Origin: Lytechinus pictus
Taxonomy: Eukaryota
DNA length: 64,000 nucleotides
Reading direction: 5' to 3'
NCBI RefSeq assembly: GCF_037042905.1
Contig: NC_087245.1
Coordinates: 33,916,001 to 33,980,000 of the forward strand
The notes beneath the pieces were generated by a model, which saw only the letters and a program-made list of their open reading frames with translations, ran no database searches and was not told where the DNA came from. Shown here piece after piece: positions 12,775 through 25,909 of this stretch. The position numbers and the translations under genes are program-made. Each line of letters begins with the position of its first letter. Within the stretch, counting starts at the first letter, position 1.

Positions 12775-13830
12775 GTCAGTTGCATTCACTGATCTGAACA
12801 CTATCTTGATGGGCGGTGAAGCGTCCTGGACTGAAGCCATCGCCCGCCATCTTAGGACCATCAACACAGCGAACAAAGCCATTTAGTTTACATATAGTGG
12901 ACAGGATTTTTTTTTTATGAATTAAAAACCTACATCATTTTTGGCAAGGCTAATAGTAGCACTTCTCCATACTCATGATGTCCGCATTGGTGACTTCATT
13001 TCTGGATAGCCAATCAGCGTGCAACTGCCCATCCAGATAGAATTCTGATCAGTGGTTGCATTATTCCGTAATGGCAAATTGGCAATGACAGAGGTGCCAA
13101 TTTGCCAAGTAGTACTGATTTTTCCAGTACTGTATTTAGCGCTGAATAATGAGATGAATATTGATGGTGTCATGCAAATACTGTTTCTTAAATTTGTTTT
13201 TATTTGTTGTCCTACAGGGTTTCTTTGAAAATGATGATTTTCAGCTTTGAAAATACTGAAATATTCTTTTTGTTTAGGTTGGCAGCTCTGAAATAAAGTA
13301 AAATTAAATGCTTCTTCGTTAAATGCAACAGAAAATTTTAGTCAAGCAATGTTAATATTTGTTCAATTATCAATGTATCTATTTATTCATTTATTTAATT
13401 AATTTATTCATTTATTTATTCAATTTTTTTGGGGGGGAGGGGTTGGAAATCGACGTTGATATACGCTGTACACATGCTTATTTCAAAGAGGAGCTTAACT
13501 TCAAGGAGCTCTTAGCAGACAGCAATTGTCTTGCCATAGAGCCATACATGTATGCATCAGGATATTCTGGATGATTGTGCCATTCACAATACACTAGTAT
13601 TTTGTGAATTTGGGTTTTGAAATTTTTATGTAAATTCAGTATATTTTGAAAACTGATGAAGAGAAGTCCATTCCAAACTTGTTTTAATAAAAAAAATTCA
13701 CTGTAAAGAAAGGTTTTTTGTTAGGATTTTTTTTTTTTTTGGGGGGGGGTCATTTTGAAAACATGTTTAATCACTTTGAAATGCATATCTGAGTTAAAAG
13801 CAGCATATTTTTATATTGTTTCAACTCTAG

Positions 13831-13907
13831 GTCTGGAGGATTTATCCCAGGAGGAGCTTCGATTCTTAGCATACACTGCAGAGAAAGCTAAGCAGTTTGA
13901 CCAATAT
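13831..13907 (+). CDS. NUP42: NUP42 coding exon
   Basis: GLEDLSQEELRFLAYTAEKAKQFDQY matches the family D(I/L)SxEELR motif. AG/GT boundaries, in phase. Confidence 0.92.
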
Positions 13908-14480
13908 GTAAGACTTTTGTATGTTAAAAAAAGCATTTTCATGTGTGACTAGCCACCCAAAAAACTAACAATAATTCACCAGTGAAGGTTCTCTAGTAAA
14001 TAGCTGAAAAAGAAATTTGGTCTTCAAAAATTAAAACTTGTTCATATTTCTTTTCTTTTTTTTATCAATAATCACTTAGCCTACAAGTGGTAGTGGTTTG
14101 TCTTCTTCTTAGATCATATAATACCATATGGGTAAACCCATTTAGTCTGCTTTAATGTTGATCTACTTGTCAGTTGGTCTACCTTACACTTGCTGTTATA
14201 CACTAAATTTGATGCTCATTTAGTAAAATGCCCTACTCTGTCTTATTTCCACTTTATGTACTTATTACTTTTTACTTTGGTAGATGAAAATTTGGTTCAT
14301 AAATAGTTCATCTACCCATGTAGACTGAGTGTTGTTAAACCAATTTGATATAAGATGGAAAAAGATATGGTTTATTATTAACTGGAAATTATGATAATAA
14401 ATGCTCAGTAACTTTGAAAATATACCTGCAGTGGATTTTCGAATACTCGTTTTTTTTCGATTGCCTGTTTTTGTCAATAG

Positions 14481-14567
14481 AGGGCAGCATGTACTACAGC
14501 TATGGATGCTGTGAAGAATAAGAGGAACCAGCTTAAAAAGCCTTCCCAGTCAATGAAGAACCAATTG
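14481..14567 (+). CDS. NUP42: NUP42 coding exon
   Basis: RAACTTAMDAVKNKRNQLKKPSQSMKNQL, phase 0/0, with TAG acceptor and GTAAGT donor. Confidence 0.85.
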
Positions 14568-15180
14568 GTAAGTAGGCCTATATCAGATTCATCTTGTAAT
14601 GTCTTAATATTGATTTATCTCTTAAATGCTATATTTGTTTGTTTACTTATGCATGCATGCAATGAATAGCGTTATATTCAAACTAGCTGAATATTGATTT
14701 ATCTCTCATATGACTAAATAAGTGCTATATTTATTTATTCACTTATGCATGCATGCAATGCATATGCTAACTAATATTCAAACTAGTGGAATATTGATTT
14801 TATCTCTCATATGACTTAATAAAGTGCTATATTTATGTATTTATGCAAATATATGACCTCTGTGACCTTTGATCCCATGACTTCAATTCGTTTCAGGTCA
14901 TCTAGTCAGGTTATTGTAAGTAAGCTTTTTCGGTAAACTGGTATTATCAACACCGCCCAGTATGGAACGTAGAATGGTGTATGTACTGCCACCCAATATT
15001 TAATGCCGTGATACCAACATACCACACAGAGATAATCTTACAGAGAGCAAAAAAAAAACTAGTTACATGATGGTTTATAATTACCCACAAAATATTTGTC
15101 TGAAATCATAAACATTAGAGAGGTCTTCTGTTAATGTAAAGAAATGAGAAAGAATACTTTTATTTTTTCATATTTTTCGT

Positions 15181-15468
15181 GGAGCGTTGTGGCCCAGTAG
15201 ATTAGTCTTTTGGCTTTGAAACAGAGGGTCGTGGGTTCGAATCCCAGCCGTGGCGTAATTTCCTTCGGCAAGAAATTCATCCACATTGTGCTGCATTCAA
15301 CCCAGGTGAGGTGAATGGGTACCCAGCAGGATTAATTCCCTGAATGCATGAGCGCTGAAAGGCAGCTCGAGCTAAAGCCGGGGTAATAATGATAATAACA
15401 TCGTTCCTCGGAATAGAATATTTCTAGATAGATGGCGCTATATAAATGCCTATTATTATTATTATTAT
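15181..15468 (+). mobile_element. Full-length tRNA-derived SINE with L2-type tail
   Basis: A box TGGCCCAGTAG, B box GGTTCGAATCC (15234-15244), central cccaggtgaggtgaatgggtacc core, tail ggcgctatataaatgcc(tat)n. Confidence 0.9.
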
Positions 15469-15499
15469 ATACAATTTTTTTGTTTTTTTGTTAATTTAG

Positions 15500-15606
15500 G
15501 TGGACATGTACAAAGGAGCATCAGATAAGAATCCCTTTGCAGAGGCCAACCCAACTAATATCTTTGGTAACAGTGTCCCGTCCCTGACTGACATTTTCGG
15601 TGCCAA
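15500..15606 (+). CDS. NUP42: NUP42 coding exon, start of FG region
   Basis: VDMYKGASDKNPFAEANPTNIFGNSVPSLTDIFGA, with TAG acceptor and GTGAGT donor. Phase 2 matches the last exon. Confidence 0.85.
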
Positions 15607-15764
15607 GTGAGTACCGTATGCGTTCAAGTTTGTAGAAAGATTAGGTAAACAGGGAATGATATGAAATGCTTAGAAAAAAATATACCAGTTAGGTACTCGA
15701 AGAATGTGAAATGTGTTGATTTGTTATGCAACAATCACTTATATATTGATTGATTTTTGTTTAA

Positions 15765-16311
15765 CCACTTGACTGCTATAGGCTATAATGCGCACTGACC
15801 CCCCTGGTGCTACTGAATGGGACTAACAAGTTAGATCTACATGTATTTGGGACTACAACTGACAGCAACTTGGGGGAAAAATTGTAAATAATCACATCAC
15901 TTTCCTCATCACTTTTTCCAATATCCATACAAAAGAATCATCTTCCCCTTCTGACACAGATCTGTCACTATATTTATTACTCCTATCGTCTAAAGTTTTG
16001 TCAAAATCTTCTGATTCACTTCTCCACTGCGAGTCGCCATTTTGAACTGAGCGCCGTACACTATCACTATGGAAAAGTGAATACAAACATTTATAAATCA
16101 CTGCAAAACTTTCAATAACTTTTGTGGAATAGCGCCATCTGGTGACCATAGTCTGAAATTTGATATACATGTGCTGTTTTCATCGTAGGGGTATTAACAG
16201 CGCGGTGCTGACGCCTCAAACAGAAGATAGGTCAAGCACGTAATATTACGTGCCCAGCACAGATCGTACACTCGCCCAGCACGTAATATTACGTGCTACG
16301 CAGTCAAATAG
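15765..16311. mobile_element. piggyBac-like non-autonomous element
   Basis: TTAA on both sides, imperfect TIR ccacttgactgc / gcagtcaaatag, and two copies of the palindrome GCACGTAATATTACGTGC near the right end. Confidence 0.65.
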
Positions 16312-17033
16312 TTAAATCATTATTCCATAAAACCTAAGGTAATTGAAATTTTTTTATCATGATTTGCTTTTTCAAAAATTATCAGGTAGCAGCATGATAT
16401 TGAATTAAAAATCTCCCCCCAAATTAGTACCGGTACTTAAAAGAAAATTGTAAAATTAATTCATTCCAAAAGTTTTTAGCATCTGATCACAATGAAAATC
16501 ATCATGCATGTTGCCCCCAACATAACTTTTATAACTGGAAAACCAAATTCTTTAAAGAAATCTAATTTTAGTTTTCAAATCTTTGTAGGATTCTGATCAA
16601 ATTGACTTAAACAAAGTTGGTAGCAACATTTTTTTTTGTATAGATATAGATTTTTTTTGATATTCCATATATATAGATATACATGTATTTCTTTTTTCTA
16701 CTTTTTTTCAATGAAAATCATCAGCAACACCTTTGATAATAAGCAACATAAATTAATTCAGTTTCAGCAGTGAAAGTAACAATGATAATACATTTATGAA
16801 TTTTGAATAAAGAAAAATAATTTGTGTTAGATTTGTACATAAATTCACATTATTTTACCAGTCTTCTCATATTTGGTATGAAATGGGTACCTGGCAGGAA
16901 TTTATCGCTTTAAATGTTTGTGCGCTGTAAAAGGCTTGCCGGGCTGAAGACAGGCTAATAATATCCAACATCCCTCTGGAAGGGCTGAGAGATGTTTAAT
17001 GGTATGTGATATGCACTATACATTATTAGTGTT

Positions 17034-17202
17034 GATGTGGAAGAGGTTCATCGTGGTGAAGGATTGAGTAGAAGAAATAGCAGTTGTCTCACGATGTATC
17101 AAACGTAGTTGGAAAGCGATGTTTCGTCTGCAAGCTGCTAGACTTTGTCAGGCAATGACCAAAGACGCTGCTGCGCACAGGTTATAAACCGTCAGCAAGG
17201 CA
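17034..17202 (-). mobile_element. Penelope-like fragment with degenerate hammerhead-like motif
   Basis: Minus strand cCTGACAAa-gtctagcagcttgcagac-GAAAc, flanked by the 12-bp direct repeat ATTATTAGTGTT (17022-17033, 17203-17214). Confidence 0.5.
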
Positions 17203-18541
17203 ATTATTAGTGTTATTGCACAAGATTAAAAAGGAAAAAAAGTAATGAAACAATGTAATTAACTTTCATTGTTTTGTTTATTTTCCTGCAATCCATGATC
17301 AGAGTAGTAACACTGTACTATAGGTGTTTTATTATTACATGTATGTTGAGGGCTTCAAGTACTAGAAATGACCTTCGAACCTGGAATGTTCAGCTTCCTG
17401 TCAGAAGTCTCGATGATTGGAAATGCAGTCTTTGGCCTGCACCTTAAAGGGTTACTCCAGTCCGAAAATTATATGATTTGAACAGATTAGTAAAGTCACA
17501 CTGACAGAACACTAAAAATGTTATCAAAATTGGACAAGGAATAACAGAGTTATGACATTTTAAAGTTTTGCATTATTCTTCAAATCATGAATATGCAATG
17601 AGCAAGCTAGTGATGTCATATCTCACTTATTCTTTTGTATTTTATTTTATATGAATTATTGAATAATTTTTATTCACATTTTTCCTCCCAAGAATGCCAA
17701 AAAAATTGGATTGACTACTGGTTTAATGTGTAAAGATAAACATTGCTGCAATCTAAATCATCCACACATTTTACATGAAATATATGAAATGATTATTTCA
17801 TGTAATAATATAAGATAAAGGAAAGTGGGGACATAGGATCATCAGCCCATCTGTTGCATGTTGATAATGGCATGCATATAACTGTTTTCACAAAATATTG
17901 CTAATCTCTAAAGTTGCTCCAAGACATGATTTTGTATACAAATCTGTTTTATTTCCAGCTAAAATTCATGAATTTTGGCTGGGTTGAACGCAGAAACAAG
18001 ATCAATGAAAGTTTGAGTAACATTTAACGAGCAATAAGAAAGTTATAAGCATTCAAATTTTGTAATCACTACTGCTACGGAGATCCTCCTATTGGTGATG
18101 CAAACAAGATCTATGAGGTTACACAAGTACAACTCTCCCCTATTGGACACTGAAACTATACCCCAAACGTCTCTTTTTTGCCTATTCTAATGACATTACA
18201 TACATTTCATGATGTAATATTGTGAAACATCTATGACATGTCCTCTCTTAAAAAAAGAACACCTGATCTTGCAATTGACAATATAATAAATAACATTTGC
18301 ATGAAATTTGTACTATTATAAAGTAATGGGGAATTTGTACATGTGTGACATCACAGGTATTGGCCACATTGCCATGGGGGAATCTACATAGCATTTGTGA
18401 TCTCAATATTTAAAGGCTCATAATTCATTATCCATTTAATCCTTCTCAAACTTTCATTGATCTGTTTCTTTGATTTTCCTCTTTTGTGTGAATTCGACTG
18501 GAACAATGATTTCATTCTCCTTTAACTAATTTCCCTTCCAG

Positions 18542-19025
18542 CCTTGCCAACATCAAAGTGGCATCAGATTCCAACACAAGTACAGGAACAATGTTTGGGA
18601 AGCAACCACCAACAGGTTCATCTCTTCTAGGTGTCCCACCTGGGTCAGCGGAAAGCGCACCTGCCGCGCCAAGTAGCTCTTCACTCTTTAACAGAACTCA
18701 AGGTCCCACCCAACCTGTCTTTGGTGGTGCAGTTGGGAAATCAGATACACCAGCCCCTGCCTTCGGATCAGCGTCGTCCAGCAGTGCTTCTTCCGCTTCA
18801 TCGGTCTTCGGATCAGGGTCACAGACTTCTGTAGGATCCGGTACAGGTTTGTTTGGTAAAGGACCATCGACTCCAGCGGTAGATCCCCAGCAACAGAAGG
18901 CAGAGTCTAGGACTTACACCCCAATGGCTTCGCTGACTCCTGAAGAGAAGGAACAGTTTGAAGCACCGATATTCACTTTAGGGAAAGTACCTACAAGGCC
19001 ACCGCCCATTGAATTGGTGAGATGA
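18542..19025 (+). CDS. NUP42: NUP42 terminal coding exon: FG repeats and C-terminal Gle1-binding motif
   Basis: Several FG dipeptides in S/T/A/P-rich spacers. Ends YTPMASLTPEEKEQFEAPIFTLGKVPTRPPPIELVR*, like the hCG1 C-terminus (..EQF..KKFTLGKIP..PPP.ELL). Confidence 0.95.
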
Positions 19026-20015
19026 CACAGCTGACCAATGAGAACAATGCACTGTTGAAAGTTAGACAGAATGGAAGAAAAGGAATAATTGGACACTGAC
19101 AGTCAACAAGACAGAGATATAGGAATGGACGGTCAGGATACGCCTGAATTCAGAAACGGAAATAAGGATATTATTCTTTATTCCAAATTTTGCATTTTGG
19201 TTATGATTGTGTCAATATTTGTTTCCTAGGGTAGACACTACTTATGAAAGTGCTTTACTATTGGGTCCTACATTATACTCCTTCAGTCTAATTTGCTAGT
19301 CACCTAGCTAGAAGGTAGTGGGTCCCATTTTCTTACCAGTAAGTCCTTGGTATGCTTCAACAAGGACTTGAACCTATGGTCTTCCAATACAGATTATGCT
19401 CTCTTGGGAAGCACAGCTGAAAGAGGTATTTATATGTATCTACAGATCCTTGGGTGAACTCTTTCAAAAACAGACTAGACTAGCACCAAAGGGATAGCAG
19501 AGTCCTTGTACAGACTTTTTACCGGGTGGAAGGAAATTTCCAAATTGACAATCAATTCTGCTCCTTGCATATACACCCCGCTTCCCTATTTTACATTCAG
19601 ATTGCATGAAGAATATTTCATTTCCCCATGTGTTATATGTGAGCATCAATTAATCTTAAAGAAACAAGACAAGCCTGTTTTTGGTAGATCATAGCGGGAG
19701 GGGTGCGGTTGACTGCATAATTGTGCCTGTGTGGCTGTGTCATCATCCGTACAAAGCCATTCTAAAAACTATTTTGGTTTGACATGCAGGTGTGACACCA
19801 AACATAACTTCAGAGCTACCTGGGCATGGCAAATTTGGTCTCAAAAGTTGTGTGATATTTGAAAGTAAAAAAGACATGCAGCAACATCTTATTTGCATTT
19901 TTGACTTTATATTGCATGACGTGTCACAGGCATTCTGGGCCTTGTTAAGGTGATAGGAAAAACAGTATGAAAACATTGTAGGACATGTATCAATTGGATA
20001 ATATCTTGCCTTGTA

Positions 20016-20612
20016 GGCCTTTATTCTGAAGTCGGGTTTAATTCAAAGTCGGGTCTAAAGTTGTAGTTTAACTATGGATGACCAAAAGGGAAATAATCTC
20101 TAATGGTACAGGTTCAATTTATCTGCTAATTTGACACTCAAATGGTTGGTACCGATCTGCCAATAGTAGATAAATTAGTCTTCTTCACCATTAAAGCATA
20201 GTAAACATTAGAAATATACAATGGTCCGTATTCTGAAATCGGGTTTAAAGTTGTGGTTTAAGTATTGATAGCAAATTGTCACATAAATCACTAACAGTAG
20301 AGATATCATATTTCAGCTCGTTTTGCTCTCAAATAATTCATAATTGTCTAGGAAGTATAAATAGATGATTGTCTTCACCATCGATGAATCAGGAAAGAGC
20401 ACAGTAAACATAAGAACCATACAACTTAATACAAATTTTGACACTTTTGGCTCCCCATAATTTTAGCACAGAGTTAGACCATTGTCTAAGTTAAACCCGA
20501 CTTTAGAATACGGGCCAAAGTAAACAAATTTTTTACATTTTCTGCTTCCCATAAGTTTAGCCCAGAGTTAAACCGTGGCTTATAAAGATAACCGGACTTC
20601 AGAAAATGGACC
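20016..20612. mobile_element. MITE with a same-family MITE (20223-20516) nested inside
   Basis: Both carry TIRs of the type ggNccNtattctgaaNtcgggttta, and their internal sequences are homologous. Confidence 0.75.
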
Positions 20613-20663
20613 ATGGTGGTTACTCTTTTGCTGGTGATATCCAAATGTGATTATGTACATCTG

Positions 20664-20792
20664 GGTCCCGTAACACAAAGGTTAGCGATTGATCGTACGG
20701 TTGATTTTCACGATGGATTGTACATTGTTGTCAGTGGAATCAATCGTAGAAAAATGTTCTACAATCATTGCTAAGTGTTGTGTTACGGGCCC
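20664..20792. mobile_element. Short Harbinger-like MITE
   Basis: TIR ggtcccgtaacaca / tgtgttacgggccc with CTG on both sides. Confidence 0.75.
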
Positions 20793-21457
20793 CTGTTGTT
20801 GCTTTTATTACAGTTGTACATCACAACAATGTATAACAAAACTGAAAGGGTTGAGGTCAAGTATGAGGTGTCAGCCATGATATTTGGGAGATTATACATG
20901 TAGGTCTAACATCTCATTTGTGTCATCTAGACAAATTAATGTTGAGATTATTTTTTGTGTTTATCACAAGCTTTTTTTTTAATTGTTTTTTTTTTGTGTA
21001 TGGTTGAAAAAGTATTAAAGGGGAACTCCGGGCGGAAAATCAGATTCTTTTACCGAAAAAATGCAAAAATTTTATTACTTGTCTGATTATGATGAAATTT
21101 TCACTGTTTAGTTTGTCAGATTTTACAAACCAAAACATATTATTTTCAGGCTGGGGTACCCCTTCAAAATTCATGGGAAATGGGAAATTAAAGGGTTTAC
21201 TTGTCAATGATGTTACAAAGATAAATGAAAGATGACAACACTTTCTATAAAGTTTGCCTTTTTATATTTGGTATAGTTAAAACAATTGAATTAATGTGAC
21301 TATAGATTATCACAGAGATTTAATCCATTCATTATATATGTTTATGATGATGATTTTAATGATTATGAAGAAACGGTGATCAAAGAGATCAGGAATATAA
21401 TGATGTAAATCACAAACTGAATTGGGCTGTTGTATGTTCAGGAAAAGTGTAGATCAG

Positions 21458-21723
21458 GGCCCCATCTCACAAAGAGTTGTGATTAATCCGAACAATCGCA
21501 TCTATGGATGGCCAGCAATGACAACATGTATTATGCATGTTTGTTCAAAATATTCTCTAACTATGATGTTCATGCATTCATTGTTTTCTTTAAAATTCAC
21601 TGTGCTTCTCTTTGTTTACAAAGGACATTGTGCAAATTTCCTGTAGAAAACATTATGACACTGATGGATTTCCATACAGTTATGATTGATTGGATCAATT
21701 GTAACTCTTTGTAAGACAGGGCC
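21458..21723. mobile_element. PIF/Harbinger-like MITE, copy 2
   Basis: Homologous along its length to 12146-12413, with CAG flanks. Confidence 0.8.
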
Positions 21724-23607
21724 CAGGACTCGGTTCATCTTACGAAGAGTTGTGATTGATTCCATCAAACTCAATTTGCAACTAATTTAATTTTGTGTAA
21801 TTAAGATCAATAACTATTTGAGTTTGATTTGAATCTAGTGGCGCGTGTGCTGCACCTGACCCAGGTGAAGTAAATGGGTACCTGGCAGGAATTTATTTAT
21901 TGAAATGCTTTCACACTCTAAAAAGGTTGCAGGGCTAAAGCCAAGGGAACAATTTTTTAATTCGGGGTGCCGATGTAAATTTGAAAAAGCCCCCCCAAAA
22001 AAAAAAAAAAAAAAAGGGTTATCATTACAAAATGGTGATCAAATTGGTCCAAAGAGATTTGAAAAGCAAAAAAAAAAGAAAAGGTTTTCACTACAAAATG
22101 AAGGTCATTTTAGTTACATTTTCCATTTTTACACGTCTTCCAGAATACCTAGTGGTGCTGCCTAAGCAACCCCGCTTCCCAGGGCCATGCCTTTGGAAGT
22201 ACATAGGGATATAATGTGTTGTACGTTATACAAGAACTGCATCATTATCATCTTTTATCACAACTCTTTGTAAGACAGAGCCAGGGGTGTTTCACAAAGA
22301 TTTAAAGCTGACAAAAAGTCTTGCTTTAGTGCCAATGTGCACATTACTTTGGGTTTCTGTATCCCTCTTGAATTTAAAATTTATGTTCTAACTGTACAGG
22401 GGGTACGGTTATTACTCATCTTTTCCCATAATTTATCCATATAGTTTTATATTTTCTATATCACATATTGTTTTCGATCACTCATGTTGCATGCTACACC
22501 CCTTTAATATTACGAGTATTTTATTATTGTTGAGTTATTAATATATATTGTGAATCAAGGATCTGAGTTGGGACAGGAGGCTTCATGCCACAGTAATTCA
22601 GTTAAATTTTTCTGTCCCTGGCATTCCAATGGTTGATATTTCTTATTTTGTATTGTTTATACTGAAATGTATTTTTTGTATTATTTGCTGAATAAATAAT
22701 AATAATAATAAAAATTACTAGTAGATTATATGCAATCTCATTAATGAATAGGTTTGAATTGGTTTCCAATTTAGTAACAATTTTCAGATGTGCGAATGTG
22801 GTGATCAGCTACCGTATACAAATGAGAATTTGTCCATTTTACTTATAAATGTGTGTGAATTACCTTGAAATGTTGATGATACAACATTTGCTCCTGTGAA
22901 ATCTGCTCCCGTCTTCATACCTCATAGGGCATACATGTATGGTTAGAGTTGGGATTGTAATGGAATTGTTGGTTCAGAATAATGCAAAGATAAGGATTAG
23001 GGTTTATTTATTGTTGGAGCTAAGATTTTATGTTTGGCTAAACATGCAGATTTTCTTTAGGAGGAATAGTCTCAGGAGCAAAAGTCATGGAACCGAAATT
23101 AGGTAATTTTACATCATTTCTTCAATACCTGAAAGAATGTTCACTGAATATCTGGTTTTTTTTTAAATAAATGCCCTTAAGCTTTTGATCTTTGGAATTC
23201 ATTGTGTGTGGGGGGGGGGGAGGGGGTGATGTGTTGTGTTACTATGTCACTTTGAGTGTAATTCAACTGCCCATTTGTTGCCCCTCCTGAGAAGTTCTCC
23301 AAAGTACTCCACTGGCAACTGCATTCTACAACCCTGAGACTCCTACCTTACCATCCTCATTAAAAGACCAGAGACTAAAGCAATATTCGCTCAAATACAA
23401 TGATAAAACATTCATATTAACAAAAATAAATCACTTTTTTGTTTATTTTATTCATATGTGAATGATGGTATAGTCCGGTTGATTTTGTTTTGTTACTTTC
23501 ATTTAATTTCCCCCGTTTGACAGTTCAAATATCAATTTTATGCAAAATATTGATTCAGCTGATCTCCTTATATACAGAGGAAAATGAAACTGAACAAACA
23601 CATATAT

Positions 23608-23808
23608 GGGCAATTCCATAAAATGATCAACCTTTTTGTACGTCCGCCCCCCATTTTTCTCAAGTCTTACTTCACTTTATAAACTGATCAAGTCATGGTC
23701 CTTTGAGAACATTACAGACTGTCAAAAAAAACAAGAAATCAGAGACAGAAAATTTCATGAAGGTCCCACATAACGGTAGTCGGACGTACATATTTTATGG
23801 AATTGCCC
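23608..23808. mobile_element. MITE
   Basis: Perfect TIR GGGCAATTCCATAAAAT plus an inner tgtacgtccg/cggacgtaca pair, in an AT-dinucleotide context. Confidence 0.75.
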
Positions 23809-24652
23809 ATATGTATACATGTATATTGCCCTAATTAATGAACTTTGTTTCCGCACACTCGTTGCTATGACGCACCAATAAATTGCGCACTGTATGCTAT
23901 ATGCCTAGGTTATATGTTATCTTTAGCTTTTTTAGCTCCGGGTGCTTAAAAGGTGCTTATTCATTCAATGAAGTGATCCGGCCGGGTAACCCATTCACCA
24001 TGCATGTATGTTTTTCCTGATCTTCCTTACACAATATTATTAATAATAAATAAATCAATTCAAATTTTATCATCACTGGTTATAGGCCAAGTATATCTGC
24101 CCCGGTTTATCTCCCTTTTAAACACTCCTTATCTTTCATTGAAAGCTTGCTAGTGCTTGGCTTTAGGATACTAGTATCTTGCCACTCAAGTGAATGAAAT
24201 GAAAACACTTCTGAGTTTCAAGTGGTGGCGAGCAAAGGGTAAAAACAAAGAGGTTGTACTGTGGTAGCTCCATGATTAAACTGTGGTGAAAATATGTCTC
24301 ATGCCAGATGAATTTAATATCAGCTCTTGTAGTATCTCTCTCTCTCCGTTTCTTTATTTCTGTCTACCCCCCCCCCCCCCACCCATCTGTCTCTCTCCAT
24401 CCCTGTGCCCCAGTCCCCCCCCCCCCCCACAAACAATGAGTGGCCAGATTTGGCAGATGGAGCAATAAAATCTAAAAGGATGCAAACGAGCAAAATGCTA
24501 ACATTTTAATACAAAAATGTATATATCTTAATTGTAAAATGACATTCAGATATTAGATTTATCTTTGTTTGGTACCATGATTTCAAACGCCACTTCTCCC
24601 TGACCAATCCTGAATCTACCCGTGGATGGGGACTAGCAAGGGTATTTTTATA

Positions 24653-25863
24653 ATAGTAGACTTGTTAAGAGGTTGAACGCTGCATTTTTTAGTACAAATG
24701 TCCCACTTGGCACAAATGTTCCTTGAGTCAAAAGAAAAAGATTCATCCAAAGAGACACGCTGTATCTATGCAAATAAGCAAGTAATTTGCATAAATTTGC
24801 ATATTATGTCGATATAGTAAAAACAAGTATTTCAGAATATATATTTAACCAGAACTGACCTAAAATTGGAAATAAAGACTTAGGGTAAGAAAGGGAAGAA
24901 AATTGAATAAAATGATTGGGATATCCTTGTTTATTATTACCTAATTTACATGAATTATGCAAATTATAATTCATAACAAAGTATTTTTTCATGAATCCTG
25001 AACTGTTTCATAAATAACAGCAATTAATACACAATGTCAACATTCTACATGAAAGAGAATATATTAGCGAAAACGTCGATATGCTTCATGACAGTATTAG
25101 TGTCTTAATTTGAGAGGGCAAATATGTCAAAATATATGACGTGATATTGCGATAAAACGAGACCAAAATGTCACAGTCACACTCACGAATAGGACAATAA
25201 AGCGATCAATGGTATGTCATTCGAGATAACACAATCCCAACACAATTATAGCTTCCATCGGCTTCTCGTATCGCTTTTGTTGGTGTGTCTGCCACACCGT
25301 ATTCTATGATACATATGGACAAAATGCATTTCGGTATCGGTGAAACACTTTTAATTTTGTTTTATTTGTTTCTAATTTGTTTCTCTTGGAAAAATTTACA
25401 GGAGACATTGCTTTGCAGGTTACTGCTTTAATGAAACTCTGGCACATGAATCATGACGAATGTATCCTACCTCAATCCATATTTTAACTTTATTAAAATA
25501 TATATCTTTTGGAGACCCCGAAGTGGCAAAACTGCATCCCCCCGGCATTCCCGCCACCTTACAAAACCAGTTTGACTTGTATAATCGACTTGGAAAAGAC
25601 AGATGTATGAGACATCAGTCAACATGTTTCCTATAGAAAGTTTTTTGTTTATTTAAGCCTACGCCAACGGGAGCCCTCCGAATTTACCCCATCCTCTCTC
25701 CGTATTTCGACTTTAAATAAAAAAATATCGTGTTTTAAAGCCATCGGCAAGGCAAATTGCGTTTTTTGGTATGATAAAGCAACTTTTATATCTATATTTT
25801 TATATTTACATTCATCATTATTGATATTATTATAATTATTATTGATATTATTATCATTATTAC

Positions 25864-25909
<46 letters not shown>

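Noticed and set aside
17445..18526. Kolobok-like TTAAAGG...CCTTTAA elements (also near 6470 and 21016)
   Set aside because: Probably repeats, but too decayed and nested to assign boundaries by eye.
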